Shown here in pieces: positions 48,066 through 57,498 of a DNA stretch of 64,000 bases. The position numbers and the translations under genes were made by a program. The notes beneath the pieces were generated by a model. The model was given only the letters and a program-made list of their open reading frames with translations, did no database searches and was not told the DNA's origin. This DNA is from an uncultured Gammaproteobacteria bacterium. Lineage in GTDB: Bacteria > Patescibacteriota > Patescibacteriia > UBA9934 > GWF2-40-263. The stretch lies in NCBI GenBank assembly GCA_964399675.1, contig CAYNRK010000001.1:64424-128423 (forward strand), written 5' to 3'. How positions within the stretch are numbered: position 1 is the first letter of the stretch; each line of letters opens with the position of its first letter.

Positions 48066-49091
48066 TTACGAAAAGATCCTTTCGCAAAATGTTCTTAAAT
48101 TTTTTGGCTTGCTTACAAATTCTACGCGGCGGGCATGACGCTCAAACATTTCCATTTGCATCTCAACATCAAAAATGACGTAACGCGCGCCAATCCATGT
48201 TGTATGCAAAATATTGTATGCGTAAAGAAAAACACCACATGAAAGATCTTCAAACGAAAAAGGCTGTGTTTGTTTGTAAACAGAAAGGAAAGTCTTGGCA
48301 AGTTCAAAGTTTTTATCTGACCAACCTGTGTCAAAACAATTGAGAAACAGTGCGCGCGTGACTTCAAGACTTCTAGGGCCAAGTGCTGCACGTTCAAGGT
48401 CATAGACATGACTCACTTGTTCTGATGAATCAATAAAAGTATTTAGATATTGAAAATCTCCATGCAAAAGACAATCGTGTGGTTGAATGAGTTTGTCTTT
48501 TGCAAAGTGCATTCTTTTTGATATTTGTTCTTTTCTATCGAGAAGTTCGAGAATTTCTTTTTCAATACCAGATAGAGCTGGGCGCTTTGAAAGTTGATAA
48601 CGAATTTCAGCACTTTCCATTAAAAGTTTTCTTGGATCTCCAATTCGAATATGTTGAAACGTTGGTTCATTGAACTGTTGACCAGCATAGTGAAATTGAG
48701 CTAGAGTGCTGGCGAGCGAAGTGATAGTTGTTTCGTTAATTTCTTCTGCCTCAGGGCTTCTGCCTTCAATAAAAGGAAACAAACTAAACCATCTACCATC
48801 AAACCAAAAAACCTCACGACCGAACCGGTCTTTGATTGGAAGAATAATTGGAAGGCCATGGCGGGAGAAATATTCCTCAGCGAGTTTTATCTGATAGACA
48901 ACAGTACTAACACGATTTCGATACTCTTTAAAAAAGAAAACTCCTTGAGGAGTTTCCAAACGAAAATTTTGACTCATGAATCCTCCGTGGACAAATTTGT
49001 GTGAGGTGATTTCATCAATTCCAAACAAATCCTTAAGAACCATTGGAAGTCGCTCAAAATCGATCGGAGCATGAAGAATCGGGGTATTCAT
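48066..49091 (-). CDS. Phosphotransferase-family kinase (APH / choline-ethanolamine kinase fold)
   Basis: Brenner catalytic motif LLHGDFQYLN and downstream VYDLERAA (D-x-E/D) characteristic of the APH fold. Confidence 0.6.
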   Translation of the reverse strand: MNTPILHAPIDFERLPMVLKDLFGIDEITSHKFVHGGFMSQNFRLETPQGVFFFKEYRNRVSTVVYQIKLAEEYFSRHGLPIILPIKDRFGREVFWFDGRWFSLFPFIEGRSPEAEEINETTITSLASTLAQFHYAGQQFNEPTFQHIRIGDPRKLLMESAEIRYQLSKRPALSGIEKEILELLDRKEQISKRMHFAKDKLIQPHDCLLHGDFQYLNTFIDSSEQVSHVYDLERAALGPRSLEVTRALFLNCFDTGWSDKNFELAKTFLSVYKQTQPFSFEDLSCGVFLYAYNILHTTWIGARYVIFDVEMQMEMFERHARRVEFVSKPKNLRTFCERIFS

Positions 49092-49168
49092 ACGAATGAA
49101 TATATATAAAGATTGTGATGGAGTTGCTTTTTAACATAAAGAGCCAAATCAGGCAATAAGGACAAATT

Positions 49169-50170
49169 ATGCGTATTCTGGGCATTGAGACAAGTTGTGA
49201 TGAAACAGCCGTTGCTGTTGTGAATGAACAAAATGGTCGTTTTGTAATTGAAAAAAACCTTCTTGCATCTCAATCAGATTTGCATGCAAAATATGGTGGA
49301 GTTGTTCCAGAGGTGGCTGCGCGTGAGCATGCTGCAACGCTTTTTCCTTTGCTTGAACAGTTGGGAATTTCAAGAAGAGGAAATGAGATTAATGTGATTG
49401 CAGTAACCAAAGGGCCTGGGCTTGTTCCAGCGCTTCGTATTGGAGTTGAACTTGGTAAAACACTTGCGTGGGATTGGAAAAAACCGCTTGTTGGTGTGAA
49501 TCATTTGGAGGGTCATATTTATTCCGTTTGGCTTGATGATCCAAAGCCTGTACTTCCCGCTCTTTGTCTTGTGGTTTCAGGTGGGCACACAGAATTGATT
49601 CTTATGAAAGATTATGGTGCGTACGAACTTCTTGGCATGACGCGTGACGATGCTGCCGGTGAAGCTTTTGATAAAGTTGCCAAATTGTTAGGGCTTGAAT
49701 ATCCGGGCGGCCCAAAAATTTCAAAGCAAGCACTTGATGGTAATCCAGGTTCAATTGAATTTCCACGCCCAATGATAAACAGTGGCGATTTTGATTTTAG
49801 TTTTTCTGGATTAAAAACAGCTGTAAAGAATCATTTAGAAAGTTCTTCTGATTCAGTTCCAGACGTTGCAGCTTCGTTTCAAAAAGCTGTTGTTGATGTT
49901 TTGGTTTACAAGACTATTGAAGCTGCAAAAGAAGTCAACCCAAAATCAGTTATTCTTACAGGTGGAGTCTCAGCAAACAAAATGTTAAGAGACACACTGG
50001 CTTTTGCTGTTAAAAAATTCAATCCTTCTATTTTGTTTCATGCACCAGATATAAAATTAACCGGAGATAATGCGGTTATGATTGCAATTGCTGGAACTTT
50101 CCGTGCACAACAAAAAGATTTTGTGGATCCGCTTTCTCTTTCTGCAAATCCGAACATGCGTTTAGCTTAA
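49169..50170 (+). CDS. tsaD: tRNA N6-adenosine threonylcarbamoyltransferase TsaD (Kae1/YgjD)
   Basis: MRILGIETSCDETAVA, HLEGHIYS, VSGGHTEL, GGVSANKMLR motifs. Confidence 0.9.
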   Translation: MRILGIETSCDETAVAVVNEQNGRFVIEKNLLASQSDLHAKYGGVVPEVAAREHAATLFPLLEQLGISRRGNEINVIAVTKGPGLVPALRIGVELGKTLAWDWKKPLVGVNHLEGHIYSVWLDDPKPVLPALCLVVSGGHTELILMKDYGAYELLGMTRDDAAGEAFDKVAKLLGLEYPGGPKISKQALDGNPGSIEFPRPMINSGDFDFSFSGLKTAVKNHLESSSDSVPDVAASFQKAVVDVLVYKTIEAAKEVNPKSVILTGGVSANKMLRDTLAFAVKKFNPSILFHAPDIKLTGDNAVMIAIAGTFRAQQKDFVDPLSLSANPNMRLA

Positions 50171-50180
50171 ACCCACCCGG

Positions 50181-50263
50181 TGTCATTGCGAGGAGGCTCG
50201 TTCGACGGGCCGACGCGGCAATCCTCGTATACGAAGATTGCTTCGCTAGCGCTCGCAATGACA
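50181..50263. repeat. MITE-like palindromic element (GTCATTGCGAGG / GCTCGCAATGAC TIRs)
   Basis: GTCATTGCGAGGAGGCTCGTTCGACGGGCCGACGCGGCAATCCTCGTATACGAAGATTGCTTCGCTAGCGCTCGCAATGAC. Confidence 0.65.
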
Positions 50264-50274
50264 CGAGATAGATT

Positions 50275-50685
50275 ATGAAAACAAGTTCAGAACAAAAAAC
50301 AAAACAAATTGCAGCTGACTTTGCAAAAACACTCAAAGGCGGTGAGGTTGTGTTTTTAAAAGGAGATTTGGGAACAGGGAAGACAACGTTTGTCAGAGGA
50401 GTTGCAGAGGCGTTTGGATTTAAAGAACCTGTTAGAAGTCCAACTTTTACAATAATGAATTTGTATCAAACAGATAATTTTCAAATCGTTCACTTGGATT
50501 TTTATCGCTTTACTTCATTTCAGGAGATTCAAGCTCTTGGACTTGAAGAGTATCTTGGCCAGAAAGATTCAATTGTTTTTATTGAATGGCCAGAAAAAGG
50601 AATTGAGGAAAATAAAATATCGCCAACACATCAGATTGAATTTGAAACAAAAAAAGACTCAGAAAGGTCTATAAAAATTAGCTGA
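50275..50685 (+). CDS. tsaE: tRNA threonylcarbamoyladenosine biosynthesis protein TsaE (YjeE)
   Basis: P-loop GDLGTGKTTFVRG, ...SPTFTI..., HLDFYR. Confidence 0.8.
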   Translation: MKTSSEQKTKQIAADFAKTLKGGEVVFLKGDLGTGKTTFVRGVAEAFGFKEPVRSPTFTIMNLYQTDNFQIVHLDFYRFTSFQEIQALGLEEYLGQKDSIVFIEWPEKGIEENKISPTHQIEFETKKDSERSIKIS

Positions 50686-50689
50686 AATA

Positions 50690-50905
50690 GAAACGCCCCG
50701 CCTCAGGAGGAGACGGGGCAGGGAGGAGGAGTCGAGCCGAAGCTCGACTGGAGCACTTGCCGAGCCGAAGCTCGGGTTCGGGGATCTCGCCTTGACGAGC
50801 CGGTCAGGCGAACGACGGGTCGCGCAGCAGGGTCGACGGGCAGTGGGACCAAAGCATAGGGCTTTCCCTCCAGGGACTCGACTTCGGGGGTGGATCTGTT
50901 CTCGA
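50690..50905. other. GC-rich (~65%) structured non-coding segment between tsaE and pilB-like
   Basis: Serial hairpins AGTCGAGCCGAAGCTCGACT, GCCGAGCCGAAGCTCGGGTTCGGG, TCGCCTTGACGAGCCGGTCAGGCGA; no ORF with SD. Confidence 0.3.
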
Positions 50906-51035
50906 ACGGCGCGATCGGATCAAGTAGTATTATAGAGCATATTTGGTTGATGTCAATTTATTGTGGATAAAAAAAGACTGGGGACTAGGTGCTAGGATTT
51001 GAATTCCTAGTTCCCAGGCCCCAGACTCATTAATA

Positions 51036-52778
51036 TTATTCTCCCTCACCAGCCACTCGCTTAATCTCTTCAACTGTTGTCATTCCATCCAGCACTTTCA
51101 AAGCTCCGTCTTGTTTAATCGTGACCATTCCTTGTTGCTTTGCAAGTTGTCTAACTTCATGTTCGGAAGTTTTTTCAGACAGTGCGCTTTTGATTTCTTC
51201 ACTCATGATTAAAATCTCATAGATTCCCACACGCCCCTTATACCCGGATCCATTACAAACCTCACATCCTTTTCCTTTATAAAATTTCCATTCTGTTTCT
51301 GGCAAAACTTTCTCACCAGAGCTTTCCGGAATCTCTGAGACTATTTTTTTAATAAACGCTTTTTGATCTTCTGTAATAGTTGTCTCTTCTTTGCAATCTT
51401 CATGAATTCTTCTGGCAAGCCTTTGTCCAATAATTGCATTTAAAGATGGTGCTAAAAGAAACGGCTTTACACCCATTGAGATAAAACGGGGGAGTGCACC
51501 TGCGGCATCATTGGTGTGAAGAGTGGAAAGCATCAAGTGTCCGGTGAGCGCTGCATTGATCGCAACTTCAGCGGTTTCTAAGTCTCTGATTTCTCCAACC
51601 ATTACAATATCCGGGTCTTGTCGCAAAATCGAACGCAAACCTCCGGCGAAATTGTAGTTTTTTGACTGGTCAATTTGTGACTGGTTTATTCCTTGAAGTT
51701 TATACTCAATTGGATCTTCAAGTGTAATGATTTTGGTGTCCGGTGTATTGAGTTTTCTAAGAATGGCATAGAGTGTGGTTGTTTTACCAGAACCTGTTGG
51801 ACCGGTTGTCATTATCATTCCATGAGGTTTTTGTATTTCGCGTAAAAGTTTTTCCTCTGCCAATTTCCGATATCCCAACTGTTCAAACTCAACATTGATA
51901 GCACTTGGCTTTAAAAGACGCATAACAACAGACTCGCCCCATGTGGTTGGAATGGTTGAAACACGCACGTCTGTATCTCCTTCTTTGAGAAAGATAGTAA
52001 AGCGTCCATCTTGCGGTCGTTCTACAACATTGATCTTAAGCCCACTAATAAGTTTGATGCGCGCAATGATTTTTTTCCAAAAGTCATGCGGAAGTTTTGC
52101 AACTTCTTGAAGAACACCATCAACACGGAAACGGATTGCAATCTTTTCTTCTTCAGCCTCAATGTGAACATCAGATGTTCCAAATTGAAGAGCTGCTGCC
52201 ATTACAATAGTCATGATATCCGAGACTGATGCATTATCAACAATTTTTTGAACATCTGTGTAGCCTTTTAGTTCGTCTTGATATTGTTTCAATTCTTCAT
52301 CCGTAACTTTCACGCCTTTAATAATCTTTTTAATTTTTGGAAGCGCTTCATATGCTTTGAGCGCAACGCGCAAACTCTCATCAGAAATTTTGTAAAGCCC
52401 TCCATTTGCTTTTAATCGTTCTTGAAGTTGATGAAGCAGATCTTTGACTTCTTGGGATTCAGGTTGAGTTGAGGCAACCCGAATCTCAGGTCCTGTATAC
52501 AAAAAGCAAACCGTTTTAAGTTCTTTTGCCTGTTCGTCCGGAATCTGTCTAAGCGCTTCAGGGGAAATGGGAAAGCCTTTTAGATTCACATAAGAAACAC
52601 CTGAAGCTTTGGCAAGCTGTTCAGCTTCCTGTTCCATTTCTTTGAGCCGCACTTCGTGCATTTTCTCATCGAACTTTTCTACAGTTGTTTGGTCTCCGGC
52701 TTTTGCAGGTGCTTGTTCAGTTGATTTTGCACCAGTGTATTTGAGGAGATCTTCTATTGATTGAATGTCATTGGACAT
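51036..52778 (-). CDS. pilB: Type IV pilus assembly ATPase PilB / GspE (full-length form)
   Basis: N-terminal GSPII_E_N-like region, Walker A GPTGSGKTTT, tetracysteine CEVC...GCEVCNGSGYKGR. Confidence 0.85.
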   Translation of the reverse strand: MSNDIQSIEDLLKYTGAKSTEQAPAKAGDQTTVEKFDEKMHEVRLKEMEQEAEQLAKASGVSYVNLKGFPISPEALRQIPDEQAKELKTVCFLYTGPEIRVASTQPESQEVKDLLHQLQERLKANGGLYKISDESLRVALKAYEALPKIKKIIKGVKVTDEELKQYQDELKGYTDVQKIVDNASVSDIMTIVMAAALQFGTSDVHIEAEEEKIAIRFRVDGVLQEVAKLPHDFWKKIIARIKLISGLKINVVERPQDGRFTIFLKEGDTDVRVSTIPTTWGESVVMRLLKPSAINVEFEQLGYRKLAEEKLLREIQKPHGMIMTTGPTGSGKTTTLYAILRKLNTPDTKIITLEDPIEYKLQGINQSQIDQSKNYNFAGGLRSILRQDPDIVMVGEIRDLETAEVAINAALTGHLMLSTLHTNDAAGALPRFISMGVKPFLLAPSLNAIIGQRLARRIHEDCKEETTITEDQKAFIKKIVSEIPESSGEKVLPETEWKFYKGKGCEVCNGSGYKGRVGIYEILIMSEEIKSALSEKTSEHEVRQLAKQQGMVTIKQDGALKVLDGMTTVEEIKRVAGEGE

Positions 52779-52846
52779 AAACTAAAAACTAGCGAATTTC
52801 TCCACTAGTTTATGTCTTTTTATAACATCTTGCAATTAGGAGGAAT

Positions 52847-53836
52847 TCATCGGCGCAACCATCTCATAATTTTTGCCATGTTTTTTAATCCATGAGCCTT
52901 GTGCATTGCTCGTTTGTAAAATAGATACCAGGCATGATACTGGAAAGTAACAACCGCTCCTGAGAAGCCCAGAATGATCAAAGCAATAAACAAAGCAAAT
53001 AAAATATTTGCAATTAGGAACACAAGGAATGATCCTGACAAAAGTGAAATTGAATAAATGATTGCATATGGAATTGAAAGAAGTGCAATCAGTGCGATCA
53101 AAACAAATCCGGCAAGCATAACAACAAAGAATTGCAAAACAGCATATTCAACGGTTGCTACCCATTGTTTTCGAAAAAGCCTCCATGCATTCACAATCGC
53201 CTGAGATGCGCCGTCTTTTTTCTCGATAATATCAATGATCGCAAGTATGGAGATGATGTTTATTACAATGATTCCGGCAAAGAAGATTACTGACGTGACC
53301 ATGTACAATAATTCATTATAAACCGTTGTCTGAATATAAAAGAGAAATAAAGGCAGTGTCACCAGAACGGTTAGAAGCCCTGTGAAGAATTTTGTGAAAA
53401 AGTCCACAAAAAAGATATCCCAAAAATATTTCCATCCTTTTTGTTTAAGCTCGTGTGGTTTATGTTTTCTTTTAGAGCGGACACCTAACAGAAGAGCGGC
53501 TTGGGAAACAACAGACATTATAATAAGAAGTATAACAACAAGTATTGCCACAACTGCGATTGCGGTGATACGCGTTTGTCCTAAAATATTCAGCTGACTT
53601 ACATAAGAGCCAAATAGATCATAACCAATAAACGAACTGTCCATGAATTTTTCAAGAAAAGTTCCACCAGACTTCATTCGTTTAAGGCCATGAAAAGCAA
53701 CATCAACTACACCGCCTGTTGAGATAATTGCCGCGAAAATACCAAAAATCCACAAGTGTTTTCGGTTCCATGTTGAACGCCATGCGTCTTTTAATAGAAC
53801 TCGATATAGTCTTGTGGATTTTTTTCTTAACATATG
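52847..53836 (-). CDS. Polytopic membrane protein (hypothetical)
   Basis: 8+ TM helices; start placed at MLRKKST... because upstream in-frame codons are MITE sequence. Confidence 0.5.
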   Translation of the reverse strand, partial: HMLRKKSTRLYRVLLKDAWRSTWNRKHLWIFGIFAAIISTGGVVDVAFHGLKRMKSGGTFLEKFMDSSFIGYDLFGSYVSQLNILGQTRITAIAVVAILVVILLIIMSVVSQAALLLGVRSKRKHKPHELKQKGWKYFWDIFFVDFFTKFFTGLLTVLVTLPLFLFYIQTTVYNELLYMVTSVIFFAGIIVINIISILAIIDIIEKKDGASQAIVNAWRLFRKQWVATVEYAVLQFFVVMLAGFVLIALIALLSIPYAIIYSISLLSGSFLVFLIANILFALFIALIILGFSGAVVTFQYHAWYLFYKRAMHKAHGLKNMAKIMRWLRR

Positions 53837-53838
53837 TT

Positions 53839-53940
53839 CCTCCTCTTGCGTCATTGCGAGGAGGCCCGTTCGACGGGCCGACGAAGCAATCTTCGTACAC
53901 GAGGATTGCCGCGGCCCGTCTGACGGGCCTCGCAATGACA
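53839..53940. repeat. MITE-like palindromic element (GTCATTGCGAGGAGG / CCTCGCAATGAC TIRs), internally duplicated core
   Basis: Two internal copies of the GGCCCGT.CGACGGGCC motif between canonical TIRs. Confidence 0.65.
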
Positions 53941-53950
53941 CAATATTTAT

Positions 53951-55771
53951 TTATTCGGTAAGTTTTTCAAACAGCGCTTCAAATTCTTCTTTTTCAATTA
54001 CTTCTTTTTCAAGCAGGTGTTTAACAATTTTATCAAGAGCCTGTTTTTCTTTTCGAATTATATCACGAGCTTGCTCTGTTGCGCTATTCACAAGTTTTTC
54101 CACTTCTTTGTCAATTGCCTCAGCAGTTTTCTCAGAGTAGTTTCGTCGTTCATGAATTTCTTTTCCAAGGAAAACCATTTCTTGCGTTTCTCCAAACACA
54201 CGCGGTCCAAGAACTTCACTCATTCCATATCGAGTGACAAGTTCGTAAGCAAGGTGGGTGCATTTTTTTAGATCATCTGATGCACCGGTTGTAACATCTC
54301 CAAAGGTTTCTTGTTCAGAAATAAAGCCACCAAGCATCATTGCCATGTCATCAATAAATTCAGCTCGTTTGTGAAGTCTACGATCTTCAGATGGGAGCTT
54401 GATTGTATATCCACCTGCTGATCCGCGAGAAATGATTGAGACTTTGTGAACAGGATCACAGTTTGGCAACATGTGACCGACTAGTGCATGACCTGCTTCG
54501 TGGTAGGCAGTAATCTTTTTTTCTTCTTTGCTCATTACAAAACTTTTGCGTTCCGGTCCCAGAAGAACTTTTTCAATTGAATCAAGAACATCTTCTTGTG
54601 TGATTGTTTTGTCATCACGTCTGGCCGCACGAATTGCTGCTTCATTAAGCAGGTTCATTAAATCCGCTCCGGAAAATCCTGGGGTTCTTTCAGCAATGCG
54701 TCGTAGATTGACTGCTTTTTCAAGCGGTTTGTTTTTTGCGTAAATTTTTAAGATAGCTTCTCGATCATTAATGTCTGGTAAGTCCAAAATGACTCGACGA
54801 TCAAAACGTCCTGGTCGAAGTAGCGCTGGGTCAAGCACGTCCGGTCTATTTGTTGCAGCAATAACAATCACACCAATGTTTGGATCAAAACCATCCATCT
54901 CAACCAAAATTTGGTTAAGTGTTTGTTCACGTTCATCATGGCTTCCGCCAAGTCCTGCTCCGCGCTGACGACCAACAGCATCGATCTCATCAATAAAGAT
55001 AATACAAGGGGCAGCTTTTTTTGCGCGATTGAATAGATCTCGCACACGAGATGCACCAACCCCCACGAACATTTCTACAAATTCAGATCCACTCAAATGG
55101 AAAAAGGGAACAGCTGCTTCACCTGCAACAGCACGCGCAAGAAGAGTTTTTCCAGTTCCGGGTCTACCCATGAGCAATAAACCTTTTGGAAGCTTGGCAC
55201 CAAGGTCTGAGAATTTTTTTGGATTTTTAAGAAAGTCAACAACTTCATGAAGTTCTTCTTTTGCTTCTTTTGCACCGGCAACATCAGCAAAAGTAACTTT
55301 TTGTTTTGTGTCTTTTATTTCACGTGCATTTGACATCCCAAACGACATTGCCTTATTGCCTGCTCCCTGCATTTGTCTAATCATGAACCAGAAAATGAGA
55401 ATGAGAAGCAGTAACGGCAAAAGAGATGGCAAGATCACACCAAGTAGATATGATCGTGTGCTTCGGTCTTTTACAGCAATGGCTGCTGATTTGAGTTCGT
55501 CTGCAGTAATTCCGTAATCAATCAAAACTTCTGAAAGCGATACTCCAGACTCTTTTCGAGTTTTTTGTTTAGTTCCATCTTTGAGTGTGATGCTCACCTC
55601 AACACCTTCAATATCAATAGACTCAACAACTTCGTTTTCAATTTCTTCAACAAGTGTTGCCATGTTTATATCTTCCGGTTTTTCTTTAGATAAAGAATAG
55701 TTCGAAAAGATAGCTGAGATAATAAGAATACCCAGAACCGCAAAGATGATGTTTTTTGAAAGTGGTTTCAT
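53951..55771 (-). CDS. ftsH: ATP-dependent zinc metalloprotease FtsH
   Basis: Two N-terminal TM, AAA Walker A GRPGTGKT, Walker [13 protein letters not shown], zinc site HEAGH. Confidence 0.93.
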   Translation of the reverse strand: MKPLSKNIIFAVLGILIISAIFSNYSLSKEKPEDINMATLVEEIENEVVESIDIEGVEVSITLKDGTKQKTRKESGVSLSEVLIDYGITADELKSAAIAVKDRSTRSYLLGVILPSLLPLLLLILIFWFMIRQMQGAGNKAMSFGMSNAREIKDTKQKVTFADVAGAKEAKEELHEVVDFLKNPKKFSDLGAKLPKGLLLMGRPGTGKTLLARAVAGEAAVPFFHLSGSEFVEMFVGVGASRVRDLFNRAKKAAPCIIFIDEIDAVGRQRGAGLGGSHDEREQTLNQILVEMDGFDPNIGVIVIAATNRPDVLDPALLRPGRFDRRVILDLPDINDREAILKIYAKNKPLEKAVNLRRIAERTPGFSGADLMNLLNEAAIRAARRDDKTITQEDVLDSIEKVLLGPERKSFVMSKEEKKITAYHEAGHALVGHMLPNCDPVHKVSIISRGSAGGYTIKLPSEDRRLHKRAEFIDDMAMMLGGFISEQETFGDVTTGASDDLKKCTHLAYELVTRYGMSEVLGPRVFGETQEMVFLGKEIHERRNYSEKTAEAIDKEVEKLVNSATEQARDIIRKEKQALDKIVKHLLEKEVIEKEEFEALFEKLTE

Positions 55772-55834
55772 AATTATTCTGTTTTTGTTTCCTCTTTGAT
55801 TTCTTCTTCCTCTTCTTTAACTTTTTCGCCCAGG

Positions 55835-56992
55835 CTAAAGCCTTGGGGCTACCTCATCAGATCCATCTTCAACCCCTCCTCCCTTTTCTACCTTTTCCTC
55901 CTTTTCTCCCCCAATTCCCTTCAACGACAATCCAAGACGGTGGTCCTTTGGTTCAATTGAGACAATTTTGAAGTCCATTATTTGTCCCGGCTTTCCAATT
56001 GTTGTTACATCAGCAACCGGTTTGTCTGAGAGTTCTGAAACATGAGCAAGGCCATGAATTTCAGGATCAAGCTCCACAAAGAATCCAAATGGATTGACTT
56101 TGAGAACGGTTCCTTTAACAGTGTCACCGGTTTTGTATTTTTCTTGTACATTTGCCCATGGGTCTTCAATGAGTTTTTTCATTGATAAGAAAATTTTGCT
56201 TCCTTCAAGACCAATGATTTCAGCTTTAACGGTTTGACCTATTTTAAGTAGATCGCGAGGATGATCAATTCGTTGCCAGGCAATCTCACTGATGTGAACA
56301 AGCCCTTCAAGTGAATCAAACTTTACAAATGCTCCAAAATCGGCAACAGCAGTTACTTCACCTTCAATAACGTCTCCCACAGTAAATTTTGAAATAACAT
56401 TTTTCTGCGCATCTTCCCAAACGGTTTTTTCAGAAACAATCAGCTTTTCATCATTTTCATTTACATCAATAACACGCACGTTCATTTTTATACCAATGTA
56501 AGATTTTAGCTTTTCAAGAATTTTGTTTTTGTCACCACCACTCACACGTGGATAGTGTTCAGGGGAGAGTTGGGAAACAGGCAAGAATCCAGAGATGTGA
56601 TTGATTCGAACAATAAGACCACCTTTGTTTGCCTCCAAGATTTTTACATCAACTGTTTCACCAGTGGTGTAGAGTTCACGCAAAGTCTCCCAGGCTTTTA
56701 GTTGTCCTGCAAAACGGAATGAGAGCTCCATTTCACCGTTTTCGTTTTCAAGATCAATAACAGTTGCTTCCACTTCTTCGCCGGGTTTTAGATTGCCGTA
56801 CTCAGAGGACTCAGCAAAAAGTTCGCGTCCGCGCACAACACCTGTTGTAATGCCATCGATGTCAACACGCACTTCGCGTCTACCTGAACCAATGATTTTT
56901 CCTTGAACAACATCTCCGACTTTAGGGATGTTTAAATAAGATCCCTCCTCAATGAGTTTTTGAAACTCAGTTAGTGTTTGAGTATCTGTCAT
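55835..56992 (-). CDS. S1 RNA-binding domain protein (ribosomal protein S1-like, ~4 S1 repeats)
   Basis: Repeated G.V.G.V...FGAFV.. S1 modules; start set at MTDTQTL because the upstream extension runs into the GC hairpin. Confidence 0.8.
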   Translation of the reverse strand: MTDTQTLTEFQKLIEEGSYLNIPKVGDVVQGKIIGSGRREVRVDIDGITTGVVRGRELFAESSEYGNLKPGEEVEATVIDLENENGEMELSFRFAGQLKAWETLRELYTTGETVDVKILEANKGGLIVRINHISGFLPVSQLSPEHYPRVSGGDKNKILEKLKSYIGIKMNVRVIDVNENDEKLIVSEKTVWEDAQKNVISKFTVGDVIEGEVTAVADFGAFVKFDSLEGLVHISEIAWQRIDHPRDLLKIGQTVKAEIIGLEGSKIFLSMKKLIEDPWANVQEKYKTGDTVKGTVLKVNPFGFFVELDPEIHGLAHVSELSDKPVADVTTIGKPGQIMDFKIVSIEPKDHRLGLSLKGIGGEKEEKVEKGGGVEDGSDEVAPRL

Positions 56993-57022
56993 ATAAAAAT
57001 ATTCCGCTAGACGGCTGCTTGT

Positions 57023-57060
57023 TCTCCCCCTTTTCAAGGGGGAGCTAGAGGGGGTTAGGC
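57023..57060. repeat. GC-rich hairpin mini-element, intergenic copy
   Basis: TCTCCCCCTTTTCAAGGGGGAGCTAGAGGGGGTTAGGC; near-identical to the trmD insert. Confidence 0.6.
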
Positions 57061-57271
57061 CTCAAGCAGGGATCCAAACGGGGCTAGAATTAATTAAGAT
57101 TAACGGGGCGAGTTTAGCGTAAAGATGAAAAAAGGTCAAGATTTGACAAAACGTCAAAATCATGGTTAACTGTAAGTACTTAGTTGAGGTTTACCTTCAA
57201 TACTAGTGTCCGAAAAGAGCTCCCTAGAAATTATGGGGGTTCTTTTTGTATTTCGTTTATCCCGGGTTCAT

Positions 57272-57347
57272 GGGCCTGTGGAGGTAATCGGTAACCTCGA
57301 CTAAGTTGACGCTAGTAGCTGCCGGTTCGAATCCGGTCGGGTCCACC
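57272..57347 (+). tRNA. Atypical tRNA-like gene (anticodon UGA, C37), copy 2
   Basis: GGGCCTG-TG-GAGG-TAATCGGTAA-CCTC-G-ACTAA-GTTGACG-CTAGT-AGCT-GCCGG-TTCGAAT-CCGGT-CGGGTCC-A-CCA; ~85% identical to 28239-28314 rc. Confidence 0.55.
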
Positions 57348-57391
57348 ACGTAAAGCCAGCTAAGCTGGCCACGTGGTAAACCAATGGCCCG

Positions 57392-57432
57392 GGACCAAAT
57401 AAATCCACCTTTAAGTTTAGGTGGATTTATTT
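57392..57432 (+). terminator. Terminator downstream of tRNA-like copy 2
   Basis: AAATAAATCCACCT-TTAAGTTT-AGGTGGATTTATTTTTT; same stem sequence as the terminator after copy 1. Confidence 0.5.
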
Positions 57433-57498
57433 TTTGAAATTGAAAAGCCGGCCCAGAAGGTTGGGGCCGGCAGATTGAGTGGACGAGCCGAGGTTGGC

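Noticed and set aside
50690-50905. RNase P RNA / SRP RNA / tmRNA assignment of the GC-rich intergenic element
   Set aside because: It is too short for RNase P or tmRNA. The conserved GGAAAGUCCGG, SRP domain-IV and T-arm/ACCA landmarks were not found.
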